In this document: piece by piece, positions 63,481 through 64,000 of the stretch
How the letters are laid out: every line of letters starts with the position of its first letter
Numbering within the stretch: position 1 is the first letter of the stretch
Origin: a virus
Lineage: Duplodnaviria > Caudoviricetes
DNA length: 64,000 bases
Virus record (IMG/VR): IMGVR_UViG_3300033067_000910
Coordinates: 6,023 to 70,022 of that record
Strand: one strand, 5' to 3'
Position numbers and translations under genes: made by a program
The notes under the pieces: generated by a model
Told to the model about the DNA's origin: nothing
The model's input: only the letters and a program-made list of their open reading frames with translations
The model's database searches: none

Positions 63481-64000
63481 ACGAAGTATCCACAGATCGA
63501 GCGAGTGGATTGAATTGAGATTGCGATTTGATTTTGAACGACGTCCCGAGCGAATAGAAAACCGAATCACTGACTGAATCGCCGACAGAAAGGACAGGAG
63601 GCCAAGGTATCTCCTCCGCGCCGGCTGACGACATAAATGATGTTGCTAATCGGCAGAGAAACGCCTAGCGTTTATAGTTCCCAACCAAATCAGCATGAGT
63701 TCTGACCCGCGCCATGCGGGTATCGTTCTCATGCGCATAACGTACATTATGGAACTGTCCCTCTGTCCGGGGGGCCGGGGGGATAACGCACGCTCGTGAT
63801 GATGTGCAATTGATCATCTTGAGCGGCGCGCGACACGATCGACAGCCTATTACTTTCGGATGACCCTCGTATGTCATTGCAATTGCTGGACATATGAGTA
63901 AGACGTATTGATATCGCGGAAAAACCCCACTTTGACATGTTACGGTCATTAACATCATGAATAGAACGCGACAATCGCAGGCCATACGACAGTCTCCCCC

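Noticed and set aside
63625-63670. Short frame reading ADDINDVANRQRNA* as a possible tmRNA tag
   Set aside because: It lacks the ANDN start and hydrophobic-AA end of alphaproteobacterial tags, and no tRNA-like domain is visible.
63665-63985. Minus-strand ORFs 63665-63985 and 63747-63974
   Set aside because: No SD, no recognisable motifs and atypical composition; more likely chance ORFs over a structured region.
1-64000. CRISPR array, tRNA, rRNA, integrase, reverse transcriptase/retron, RNA polymerase
   Set aside because: No regularly spaced repeat-spacer units, tRNA T-loop motifs in cloverleaf context, or corresponding protein motifs were seen by eye; a tRNAscan/CRISPR tool run would be needed to be sure.

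Overview
The window is most of the genome of a tailed dsDNA phage (Caudoviricetes), probably podovirus-like: it has portal, capsid, tail-tubular/nozzle and ejection-type genes, but no recognisable tape measure or sheath. Several small genes resemble Rhizobiales-type proteins, so the host is probably an alphaproteobacterium (inference). Layout: early/accessory genes on + (1-5.6 kb); a long minus-strand replication and DNA-modification operon (5.8-25.9 kb: PolA, dCTP deaminase, HD nucleotidase, dUMP hydroxymethylase, TAGT/GREB1-like glycosyltransferase, aGPT-Pplase1, UvrD-like helicase, AEP primase, SSB-like protein, interspersed HNH/GIY-YIG endonucleases); a SNF2 helicase on +; a minus-strand morphogenesis/lysis operon (28.7-61.3 kb); and a gene-poor, repeat- and hairpin-rich control or terminus region (61.4-64 kb). 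No integrase, RNA polymerase, tRNA, CRISPR array or reverse transcriptase was seen. The most notable candidates are (1) a thymidine-hypermodification cluster pairing 5-hmdU synthesis with a base-J-type glycosyltransferase and an aGPT-Pplase1 but no visible 5-hmdU DNA kinase, and (2) a GT2 glycosyltransferase plus SAM methyltransferase embedded next to a Thr/Ser-rich repeat fibre gene in the virion operon. All family assignments come from motif recognition by eye, not from database searches.
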